A stretch of 64,000 nt of DNA. Origin: an uncultured Candidatus Saccharibacteria bacterium. Lineage in GTDB: Bacteria; Patescibacteriota; Minisyncoccia; Phycocordibacterales; SBAW01. Positions within the stretch are counted from its first letter, which is position 1. Every line of letters starts with the position of its first letter. Under the pieces are notes generated by a model, which saw only the letters and a list, made by a program, of their open reading frames with translations, made no database searches and was not told the DNA's origin. The stretch lies in the NCBI GenBank assembly GCA_964457915.1, contig CAYWFM010000001.1, positions 34,623 to 98,622 of the forward strand, written 5' to 3'. Positions 18,609 through 25,767 of this stretch are shown here, one piece after another. The translations under genes and the position numbers were made by a program.

Positions 18609-19040
18609 TTAGCTGGTTTTTCTTAGTCGGTCGAGATAACTCTGGAGGATGAGTGCTGCGGCAGAAGCGTCATAATTTTCTTGAACTACTTTATTCATCG
18701 GAACCCGTTGTGTAGGGCGCATCAGTTTACCCTGAACCTGTCGAAGGGCCTGCGCACTGGTAAAAAACTCTGGCTCAAATTCGACGACGACTCCGGCCGC
18801 CTGGAGCTGTTCGGCAAACTGCTCGATCTCCCCCATGATTGGGTTTGGCTTACCTGACAGGTCGCGCGACTCGCCCATAACAGCGATCTTCACCTCGTTC
18901 TCTTTCACAATATCGAGCACCTCACTAAGCGCCCCCACCCCACCCTCAACAGTGCCTAGTGGAAACGCCATGACCGCGCCCTCGTCTGAGACGGCGACTC
19001 CGATGCGCTTTTTACCATAATCAATCCCAAGATATTTCAC
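18609..19040 (-). CDS. ruvX: Putative pre-16S rRNA nuclease / Holliday junction resolvase-like protein YqgF
   Basis: MKYLGIDYGKKRIGVAVSD... canonical YqgF/RuvX N-terminus, 143 aa. Confidence 0.85.
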   Translation of the reverse strand: MKYLGIDYGKKRIGVAVSDEGAVMAFPLGTVEGGVGALSEVLDIVKENEVKIAVMGESRDLSGKPNPIMGEIEQFAEQLQAAGVVVEFEPEFFTSAQALRQVQGKLMRPTQRVPMNKVVQENYDASAAALILQSYLDRLRKTS

Positions 19041-19064
19041 TCGCCGATTGTACGTGGTTTTATC

Positions 19065-20561
19065 TCATTGCGCGAGCTCCACCAAGTGCTTCCAAATGGC
19101 ATACATCGCATAGGTGTCGAGCCCGCAGTAGGTCTTGAGATCACGAGCGATCACCTCGCGCTCCATGGGTGGTTGGCTAAGCATAGTCCACCACGCGTCC
19201 GAGGCCTGCGCCCCGCCGTGGATACTTAACTCCTTATATTGGAGTTCAGGCACAATCGCGGGCAGCACATATTTAATAGACACGCTGCCGCGAAACGCCG
19301 GGTGCACGTAGTACTGCTTATGAAACACGTCTTTAAGGTCATAAAACTGCGCGATGGTACGCTCGAGAAACGCGCGATGCTCAGGCAGCCTGGCTGCCAA
19401 CTTTTTGTGCACGTCCATCTCAAACGACTTGTTCCACGCAACAATCGTCCCCTGCTCGCCAATATGCTCTTCAAGCAGCACCACCACCGCCTCGGATGGG
19501 TCGCTCTGCTCCATGTGGAGATATTCAACGTGTTGCAGCTCGCCCGTAGGCTCGCGCAAAATGTGGAGTGAAAACTGAAACGGCACCTTATCAAACGGCC
19601 GAAAACCCGAGAAGAGCGGTACCGCGGGTGAAAAGGTTTCGTAATCTAAAAAGTAGAGCGGGAACTGGAGTGGAGCGAGCTCTTCGCGTATGGCGTCAGT
19701 GTCTATCATGGGCACCCCGCGCTTGTGCGCCAACACTTGGTTGTGCTGCGTGTCAGTTAGCTCAAACTCATCGGGCACATCGGCGATAGCAAAAATCTGA
19801 CTCTCCACGAGCGCGAGCAATTTCTTTTTACTCGAGCCGATGCGCGAAAGGTCATGGACCGAGTACTCAGGCACGTGCGGGTTAGAGTAGCTAAAGGTCG
19901 TGCAATGGTTACTGCGACCCTGAAAGATGCATTCGCAGCCACCCACCGGCTCGAGGCTTTGGGCTAAATATTCGCGCGCAACTTCCATCCGGCTCTCAAC
20001 CTCCGCGAGTCGCGCTAACACTTTCTCGCTCACATCGACCGTCGCAAATAGTTGGTCGACCTCTAACTCGCCCACGCGCACATACTCATTGTTGAGGTGC
20101 ATAACAAAACACTTCCCCACCTTCACTCCTGAGCGGCGCAAGACCGAGTATTGAAATGCGAGGTCGTCAAGGTGGTTGCGGTCCGAGCCGCTCTCGTGCA
20201 CGCCGCTGGTGCCTTTAATTTCAAAGAGGTCCCACGCACCATCCGCGCGCAGCGCGAGCACGTCGCTGCGCGCTAAAAATCCGTCGATGATAAACGTCGC
20301 TTGGAATATTGCCGGCACCTTGCTCGTGAGCAGCTTTGTCGTCTCAATGCACGCCTCCTGCCCATATTGCCGGACTTCCACCCCGCCCACGAATAGCCCA
20401 CGTGCGTGCGCCTCAACCTCGTTCCCCTCGTCGGCCAAATGCTGCTCGTAATCTGAAAGAGCGAACTTCTCTAAGAGCTCTGGCTTATTGCGCTTGAGCC
20501 ACAAATTTTTCGCACAAAACGAAAAATCCAAAAAGTCAGTTTTTGAAATCGGCTTTGGCAT
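19065..20561 (-). CDS. PD-(D/E)xK nuclease-family protein with Cys-cluster and C-terminal domain (DUF2779-like architecture)
   Basis: 498 aa. N-terminal ...D(x)nDLFEIKG motif (RecB/Cas4-like D...ExK), a central GGCECIFQGRSNHC Cys cluster, and a C-terminal conserved-looking domain. Confidence 0.45.
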   Translation of the reverse strand: MPKPISKTDFLDFSFCAKNLWLKRNKPELLEKFALSDYEQHLADEGNEVEAHARGLFVGGVEVRQYGQEACIETTKLLTSKVPAIFQATFIIDGFLARSDVLALRADGAWDLFEIKGTSGVHESGSDRNHLDDLAFQYSVLRRSGVKVGKCFVMHLNNEYVRVGELEVDQLFATVDVSEKVLARLAEVESRMEVAREYLAQSLEPVGGCECIFQGRSNHCTTFSYSNPHVPEYSVHDLSRIGSSKKKLLALVESQIFAIADVPDEFELTDTQHNQVLAHKRGVPMIDTDAIREELAPLQFPLYFLDYETFSPAVPLFSGFRPFDKVPFQFSLHILREPTGELQHVEYLHMEQSDPSEAVVVLLEEHIGEQGTIVAWNKSFEMDVHKKLAARLPEHRAFLERTIAQFYDLKDVFHKQYYVHPAFRGSVSIKYVLPAIVPELQYKELSIHGGAQASDAWWTMLSQPPMEREVIARDLKTYCGLDTYAMYAIWKHLVELAQ

Positions 20562-20632
20562 AGGAGCAACTATACTATGTCAAAACAAAACAGCGAAGAA
20601 CACAAAAAGAACCTGCCGCACAAGGCAGCAGG

Positions 20633-21520
20633 TCACTCCAACATCGCGAGACTCTCCTGAAGCAACTTCAACATACGGGCGATTTCTCGTCGTATCTCTT
20701 CAGGATTTTCAATATCCCTCAAAGACCTGCGTACACGCACCTTGAGGTCTTCCACCTCTGCGGCAAGTTTCAAGGTAAATGCTACCGTCCGCCCAGCATC
20801 TATTTTTCTAGCCCGAATCAGAGCCTCTTCCTGCTCCCGTATTAACACACGCAAGTGCGCGAGCTGCTCGTGCTCGGGCACATACGCAACCTTCAGCAAG
20901 ACGTTAATAGACGGGAGTGTTTGTGCGCATAGAATATACTCGCGCACATCAGCACCAAGGTACCGCAGTGCATAGCGCTGCTGCGACCAGGACTGCCCAG
21001 ACGACGAAACACCAAAGTGACGCTCTACATCCTTGTGGTTCTTACCCTGAGTACGCAGGCTCACTATCTGCCCGACAAGCTCAAACAACCGAGTCGCTTC
21101 GGGGTTATGTTGCGGCGGATCTGGTTGCTCCGGCAACTCAGGCGACACCTCTTCAATAGCCTCGTCAGCAACAGGTTCTGCAACCTCTCGTTTTTTTGTT
21201 TTAGCCGACTCGAGGGCCAGAACAGCACCCGCCTTAGAGTATGTCTTGAGATTTGCTACCGGATTTGCAACATGCTCGACACATAAACCAGTGACGGAGT
21301 TGACGACAAGGCTTTCGACCCCCTGCCCTAGACAAGTGATGCACAGTCGCTGGGGCGACCGACATTGTGATGCCATACATCCTTGGCGATTGTGGACAAT
21401 CCTATTGGTGGTAGCTGCACAGACAGGGCCCGACACACCCCGCGGGTTAAACACGCAGGGGTACAACCCATGCTCACGAGTCTCAACCTCGGGAGCTTCG
21501 GTGGACGCTTTTTTACTCAC
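20633..21520 (-). CDS. Hypothetical protein, N-terminal Cys-rich region and C-terminal coiled coil
   Basis: 295 aa. CVFNPRGVSGPVCAATTN...GCMASQCRSPQRLCITC cluster. C-terminus is heptad-like and charged. A candidate intrinsic terminator follows on the minus strand (~20600-20625). Confidence 0.4.
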   Translation of the reverse strand: MSKKASTEAPEVETREHGLYPCVFNPRGVSGPVCAATTNRIVHNRQGCMASQCRSPQRLCITCLGQGVESLVVNSVTGLCVEHVANPVANLKTYSKAGAVLALESAKTKKREVAEPVADEAIEEVSPELPEQPDPPQHNPEATRLFELVGQIVSLRTQGKNHKDVERHFGVSSSGQSWSQQRYALRYLGADVREYILCAQTLPSINVLLKVAYVPEHEQLAHLRVLIREQEEALIRARKIDAGRTVAFTLKLAAEVEDLKVRVRRSLRDIENPEEIRREIARMLKLLQESLAMLE

Positions 21521-21731
21521 ACGAACCTCCTTTGATTTTGAGAAACAACTAGGCTGCAGCTAGCATATGCTTTTCTCCTCAATACACAAGGCCACGTTCT
21601 AGATGAAACGTGGCCTCTTTGTTTTCTTCCCCACTTCTCCTTTTTATCCTTCTCAAAAAATTCTAAAGCGTGGGTGGACATAACACCCAAAGCCTACCAC
21701 TCCCCGGGCGGATTTTCATCCGGCGGGATAT

Positions 21732-21755
21732 ATAGAGGAAAGGAAATGGGCCGCC
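21732..21755 (+). repeat. 24-bp direct repeat, copy 1 (ATAGAGGAAAGGAAATGGGCCGCC), followed by a GC hairpin
   Basis: Exact 24/24 match to 22596-22619. The two copies bracket the trpF-like gene. Confidence 0.8.
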
Positions 21756-21783
21756 CACATGGGCAGCCCAATGAACCTGAGGT

Positions 21784-22545
21784 TCAAGCTGAAGAAGTGT
21801 ACTGTTTGAAAAGACCAGCTCCGTCTCGGACATATGCGCGCGCTGCGCCAGGTTTAAACAGGTCATTTTTATCGCGCATACGCCCCTCAGCATCGAGGCT
21901 AAAGGGTCCAAATTGAGCAATGAGCGGCCTGAGACGGTACAAGTTTGCGGCCTCCAGCCCACCCGCTACACCAAAACCAATGCCAGAGATACGCTCAAGG
22001 CATTCAAAATATTGTTGCACTTGATCTGGGTCGAAATCTCGTCCTGCACCACCGCTAGGGTCTATCAGTACATAGTCGGCGAGCTCTTGGTAGTTTTGTA
22101 ATCTAGCAACAAGAGCATCCCCCGATTGACCAATTTCTTTAAGCGCTAGCGGGCCACATTGGAGAATGATCTTCTTCCCCCTAGAAACCTCTTTATAGAG
22201 CTCGAGAAGCTGGGGGTCAGGCCACGCAAGATTAAGCTGCACACCATGGCAATAGGGGCCCGCCATAGCATCAGCAAACGCAAGATCATCTACAATCGCT
22301 TGCGTATCCACTTTGTCGCTATAGTAGTGAAGAACATTGAACGCTTTCGGATGTGGAGAGAATATCTGCGAAAACCTTTCAGGGCCGGGGTAGCGCCTGT
22401 TGGTGGTACCCTTGAGAGATTGTCTACTCACCAGCACACCGATCATGAGTTGGTGCGGTGAATCTTCTGGCATTACCTTAAGAATTTGTGTGACATGTCT
22501 CGGTGAATTAACACCCGTCACACCGATGTATGGCACTGGTCGCAT
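21784..22545 (-). CDS. trpF: Phosphoribosylanthranilate isomerase-like protein (TrpF family)
   Basis: IGVTGV at the N-terminus, LIDPSGGAGRDFD (GGSGxxFDW-like), VAGGLEAAN and SLDAEGRMRD motifs in TrpF order. The start is taken at MRPVPY. Confidence 0.55.
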   Translation of the reverse strand: MRPVPYIGVTGVNSPRHVTQILKVMPEDSPHQLMIGVLVSRQSLKGTTNRRYPGPERFSQIFSPHPKAFNVLHYYSDKVDTQAIVDDLAFADAMAGPYCHGVQLNLAWPDPQLLELYKEVSRGKKIILQCGPLALKEIGQSGDALVARLQNYQELADYVLIDPSGGAGRDFDPDQVQQYFECLERISGIGFGVAGGLEAANLYRLRPLIAQFGPFSLDAEGRMRDKNDLFKPGAARAYVRDGAGLFKQYTSSA

Positions 22546-22595
22546 AAGAAGCCCTTTCCTGTTGAACGACTGGTACATACATACCACATTTTGTG

Positions 22596-22619
22596 ATAGA
22601 GGAAAGGAAATGGGCCGCC
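22596..22619 (+). repeat. 24-bp direct repeat, copy 2, followed by perfect hairpin GGGCCGCC-GATAGTT-GGCGGCCC
   Basis: Exact match to copy 1. Lies ~50 bp upstream of the trpF-like start codon. Confidence 0.8.
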
Positions 22620-22914
22620 GATAGTTGGGCGGCCCGAGCTGTGGGGGGGATTAAAGACACGCGGAGAAGACTAGTCCTCCTAGCAATAGCACCGTGCCAA
22701 CAGCACAAACGAAATGCCACGGACGGAATTTGTGTTCGCTTTTTCGAGTCTTCTCAAGCATGAGCATGGGTGCAAGCATTACCTGTCCTCCTTCTAACCG
22801 CAGGTTATAGCACGAAATTAAGAATGTGCCAGCTGAAGGTTTGAGCAGACTTTCATGAGAGGGATACATATAAAAGGAAGAGGAGCGATGATCTGTTGAG
22901 ACAAACAGTATTAA

Positions 22915-23412
22915 GTGCTAGTGTTGCGCAGGAAAGTCACACACACTGCGAGGTTTTCAATGAAACCAGCACAAAGAGTTCTTAGAAGTTCTCCTTACAA
23001 TAAGGCTCTCAAGAAAGCTGTTGGAAGCCAAAGAGTTAAGCCTACTGCAAACAAAAAGCAAAGGACCAGACCACCACATAGACAAGCCCCACCCATAACA
23101 GACCTATTAGAGCTACTGGCAAAGGAGTATGAAAAACTTGGCTTTCTCCACCAGCCACCGACCATGAATGATGCGCGACGGATCGGTATCCCTCAAACAA
23201 GAAAGCGTTCAGTGCTTGGCACACTCTATGAACCCGCGTATCAGTTCCTTATACTGATCGGTCATCCTATCTTGGGTACGACTATTGGGGATCTTATGGT
23301 GGCACTCTACCCACTAGCCCCGAAGAAAATTGCGAGCCTCGCCGTTTTTCCAAATCAGTCTTACGTACGAGGCTCACTCGTCGCGAGCAGATTAAGAAGG
23401 CTCAAACGCTGA
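22915..23412 (+). CDS. Hypothetical basic protein
   Basis: 165 aa, Lys/Arg-rich N-terminal half, no recognisable motif. Followed by a strong intrinsic terminator. Confidence 0.4.
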   Translation: MLVLRRKVTHTARFSMKPAQRVLRSSPYNKALKKAVGSQRVKPTANKKQRTRPPHRQAPPITDLLELLAKEYEKLGFLHQPPTMNDARRIGIPQTRKRSVLGTLYEPAYQFLILIGHPILGTTIGDLMVALYPLAPKKIASLAVFPNQSYVRGSLVASRLRRLKR

Positions 23413-23428
23413 CCACTTTGGTCTCCTA

Positions 23429-23460
23429 GCCGCCGCAACTTCTTTGTGGCGGCTTTTTTA
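23429..23460 (+). terminator. Rho-independent terminator (GCCGCCGCAA-loop-TTGTGGCGGC + T6)
   Basis: 10-bp GC-rich stem, 5-nt loop, TTTTTT run, 17 bp after the stop of the 22915-23412 ORF. Confidence 0.75.
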
Positions 23461-23504
23461 TAAAAAGACAAAAGGGGTCGTGCAGTCTAGCTGCACTGAC
23501 CCCT
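23461..23504 (-). terminator. Minus-strand rho-independent terminator (hairpin GGGGTCAGTGCAG-CTAGA-CTGCACGACCCC followed by TTTTGTCTTTTT on the minus strand)
   Basis: 13-bp stem plus U-rich tract when read on the minus strand. No minus-strand protein gene lies upstream of it, which implies a non-coding transcript. Confidence 0.55.
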
Positions 23505-23990
23505 TTGCGGTCTCCGATGGAAAATCCACGGGAGAAGCGCCGCCTCCCACCGTAGGCCTTTACCCTACGGAGTTGGTTGCTTCTTAGCGCGGGCGCTGGC
23601 CCTGTTCATGTGTTTCGCACCTCGACCAAGGAACTAATGCGCGTGCGCACTATTTTTCCCCAGCTTCAACGATGAAAACACTTGTACTGGTTCCCCAAAA
23701 GAACGTACTGCATTTGCGCTGAAACGCAAAGCCCAGAGCTTCGGTACATGACTTGAGCCTCCGCACTTAGTCACGATTTAGAGACCTTAGCTACTAGTCC
23801 GGGGGCAAAACCCCTGGCGGTTCCGACCAAGGGTCGAAAAAGGCACGCTCTGGTGAGAAAATACCACACAACAACAGACCCCCACAAGCCTTGTATTAAA
23901 ACCACATTCTCATCAAGATGAACATCTACTTAGTGGTAGGCAAAGGCCACCCAAAGGCATGGCTCTATACAAAACACCGTTCCCCTATTA
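23505..23990 (-). ncRNA. Candidate structured non-coding RNA of unknown class (rnpB or ssrA considered but not confirmed)
   Basis: ~490 nt with no ORF of 60 aa or more in any frame, in an otherwise >90% coding window. GC-rich, with many local inverted repeats (e.g. GGGAGGCGGCGCTTCTCCC, CCTACGG...CCGTAGG). Has its own minus-strand terminator. Extent and strand are tentative. Confidence 0.3.
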
Positions 23991-24020
23991 GTATCTGTAG
24001 TGGTCACACCTAAAGCCCAC

Positions 24021-24105
24021 GGAGAGGTGGCTGAGTGGTCTAAAGCACCTGTCTTGAAAACAGGCGTGCCGCAAGGTACCGTGAGTTCGAATCTCACCCT
24101 CTCCG
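24021..24105 (+). tRNA. tRNA-Ser (anticodon TGA)
   Basis: Acceptor GGAGAGG/CCTCTCC, anticodon stem CCTGT/ACAGG with loop CTTGAAA, long variable arm, T-loop GTTCGAATC. CCA not encoded. Confidence 0.85.
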
Positions 24106-24110
24106 CAAAA

Positions 24111-24150
24111 GCAACTCCAGATATCACCCGATATCTGGAGTTGCTGCATT
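24111..24150 (+). terminator. Hairpin terminator after tRNA-Ser (GCAACTCCAGATAT-CACCC-GATATCTGGAGTTGC)
   Basis: 14-bp perfect stem followed by a weak T-tract (CATTTTGA). Confidence 0.5.
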
Positions 24151-24183
24151 TTGATACGACAATCATTGTATACTTATTATTGT

Positions 24184-24690
24184 ATGCACGAAGGGATTCG
24201 CTGGCAGGTGCTCACCCACGAACATAGAGATCGCTCGACCGACTGGTACTGGGGGTTTGGCATCCTCGCTGTTATTGGTATTGGATTGTGCGTCTATTTT
24301 GGCAACGTGCTTTTTGCACTCATCATTGCCATGGCCGCATTCTCGATAGGTATCTTGCTTACACGTGGCCCCCGAGAGCACGAGGTTCATGTGCATCCAC
24401 GCGGTGTGACACTCGATGGCACCCTCTACCCCTACCCCGCACTTCAGTCGTTTTGGGTGCATGTTGAAGATCCTCATGAGCTTGGTATCCCTGAGGAATA
24501 CCACGAGGAGTTCGAGCCGCGCGCCCACCTACTACTCATCACAAACAGTTATATTCACCCAACACTCACCATACCCCTTGATGATTTAGACCACGCCCAA
24601 GAGGTGCGTGACTATTTAGCAACCCACATAGCTGAGGAGAAACAGGAACGTCACTTTAGCGATCACCTCGCTGAGGCGCTTGGTTTATAG
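24184..24690 (+). CDS. Hypothetical membrane protein (2 TM) with acidic C-terminal domain
   Basis: Hydrophobic segment WYWGFGILAVIGIGLCVYFGNVLFALIIAMAAFSIGILL. Start chosen at MHEGIRW. Confidence 0.4.
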   Translation: MHEGIRWQVLTHEHRDRSTDWYWGFGILAVIGIGLCVYFGNVLFALIIAMAAFSIGILLTRGPREHEVHVHPRGVTLDGTLYPYPALQSFWVHVEDPHELGIPEEYHEEFEPRAHLLLITNSYIHPTLTIPLDDLDHAQEVRDYLATHIAEEKQERHFSDHLAEALGL

Positions 24691-24747
24691 GCAATTTTGG
24701 TGTACTTTGAGTATGCTCTGCTCGTCTAGATTCTTCTAGGGGCAGCT

Positions 24748-24822
24748 GCTCCCGTCGTTCAATGGATAGGACGCATCCTTGCGGAGGATGCAATGTGGGT
24801 TCGATTCCTGCCGGGAGCACCA
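24748..24822 (+). tRNA. tRNA-Arg (anticodon reads GCG in the hand fold)
   Basis: Acceptor GCTCCCG/CGGGAGC, anticodon stem CATCC/GGATG, loop TTGCGGA, T-loop GGTTCGATTCC, CCA encoded, 4-nt variable loop. Confidence 0.7.
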
Positions 24823-24826
24823 CAAA

Positions 24827-24860
24827 ACAAAACCACCCCAATTGGGGTGGTTTTGTTTTG
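24827..24860. terminator. Bidirectional terminator between tRNA-Arg (+) and rpsT (-)
   Basis: AAAACCACCCC-AATT-GGGGTGGTTTT palindrome flanked by A-run and T-run. Works on both strands. Confidence 0.7.
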
Positions 24861-24863
24861 TGC

Positions 24864-25106
24864 TTAGGCCTTGAGGAGTTTGGAGACCTTTGCCTTGCGG
24901 CGAGCGGCGGTGTTCTTCTTCATAAGACCGCGCTTGAGTGCCTTGTCGATCGCTTTGTACGCTGCGGCGAGAGCTGCCTTGTCGCCCTTAGGAGCGAGGC
25001 GAGCCTCCTTGTTTGTTTGGCGCACAGCCTGCTTACGCACCTGGTTCATAGCGCGCTTACGAAGTGACTGGCGGTGAGCCTTTTTTGCACCTTTGGTGAT
25101 TGCCAT
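24864..25106 (-). CDS. rpsT: 30S ribosomal protein S20
   Basis: 80 aa, MAITKGAKKAHRQSLRKRA...AARRK, typical S20. Confidence 0.9.
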   Translation of the reverse strand: MAITKGAKKAHRQSLRKRAMNQVRKQAVRQTNKEARLAPKGDKAALAAAYKAIDKALKRGLMKKNTAARRKAKVSKLLKA

Positions 25107-25185
25107 ATGTGCGAGGCACTATAGCAGTATTTTCTCTATCGCGCAATAACTGGCCGCAGGGAGGTAGGCGCGGTAAGCTAGGGGT

Positions 25186-25767
25186 ATGATAGGAAAGCTC
25201 ACCGGGGTGCTCGACTCGCTAGGCGCAGGCCAGGCTCTTGTTGACGTCTCAGGGGTCGGCTATGTCGTTCGTGTGCCTGCGGGTCTTGAGGGCCTGCTCC
25301 CCCCCGGGGGTCGCATCACACTCCTTATATACACCGCCGTGCGAGAAGACGCTATTGATCTGTATGGCTTTGCAAGTGCTGAGGAGCTTGGCTTCTTCAA
25401 ACTCCTCATGGGGGTCTCAGGGGTGGGGCCCAAAACAGCGCTCGGTATTATGAGTGTTGCCGACGTTTTGTCGCTCAAGCGAGCCATTGCAAAAGGCGAC
25501 GCTGCAGCGCTTACCTCAACGTTTGGTATCGGCAAAAAAAGCGCCGAGCGTTTAGTTGTTGAGTTACGCGATAAAATAAAACTGCTCCCCACCGACACGG
25601 CTTCTGACGCACCCTCTGACGCTGACGTTATCGAGGCACTCCAGGGGCTTGGCTATAGTGCGCTTGAGAGTCGCAAAGCGCTGCGCGATATATCCCCCAC
25701 TCTTGTAGGCACCCGCGAGCGCCTTGCTGCCGCCCTGCGCAACCTGGGCACCAACGCCACCGTATGA
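25186..25767 (+). CDS. ruvA: Holliday junction branch-migration complex subunit RuvA
   Basis: MIGKLTGVL...VDVSGVGYVV OB-fold N-terminus, HhH motifs (GVGPKTA). Confidence 0.9.
   Translation: MIGKLTGVLDSLGAGQALVDVSGVGYVVRVPAGLEGLLPPGGRITLLIYTAVREDAIDLYGFASAEELGFFKLLMGVSGVGPKTALGIMSVADVLSLKRAIAKGDAAALTSTFGIGKKSAERLVVELRDKIKLLPTDTASDAPSDADVIEALQGLGYSALESRKALRDISPTLVGTRERLAAALRNLGTNATV

Noticed and set aside
21674-21916. 80-aa ORF starting exactly at repeat copy 1 (…GGAAATGGGCCGCC reads as RBS+ATG)
   Set aside because: It overlaps the 3' end of the trpF-like gene on the opposite strand. The matching position in copy 2 gives only MGRR-stop. The RBS-like look is more likely coincidental or a relic.
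23505-23990. tmRNA (ssrA) assignment for the ORF-free region
   Set aside because: I could not find a tRNA-like T-arm/acceptor (GGTTCGAnTCC...CCA) at either end on either strand, nor a tag-peptide frame ending in Ala-Ala-stop. Left as an unclassified ncRNA.
23505-23990. RNase P RNA (rnpB) assignment
   Set aside because: The plus strand has AGTCCGGG reminiscent of the P4 5' strand, but no complementary ACAGAnCCCGGCUUA-type 3' partner, and the GGUAAGAGCGCACC-type conserved region is absent. It cannot be supported without a covariance-model search.
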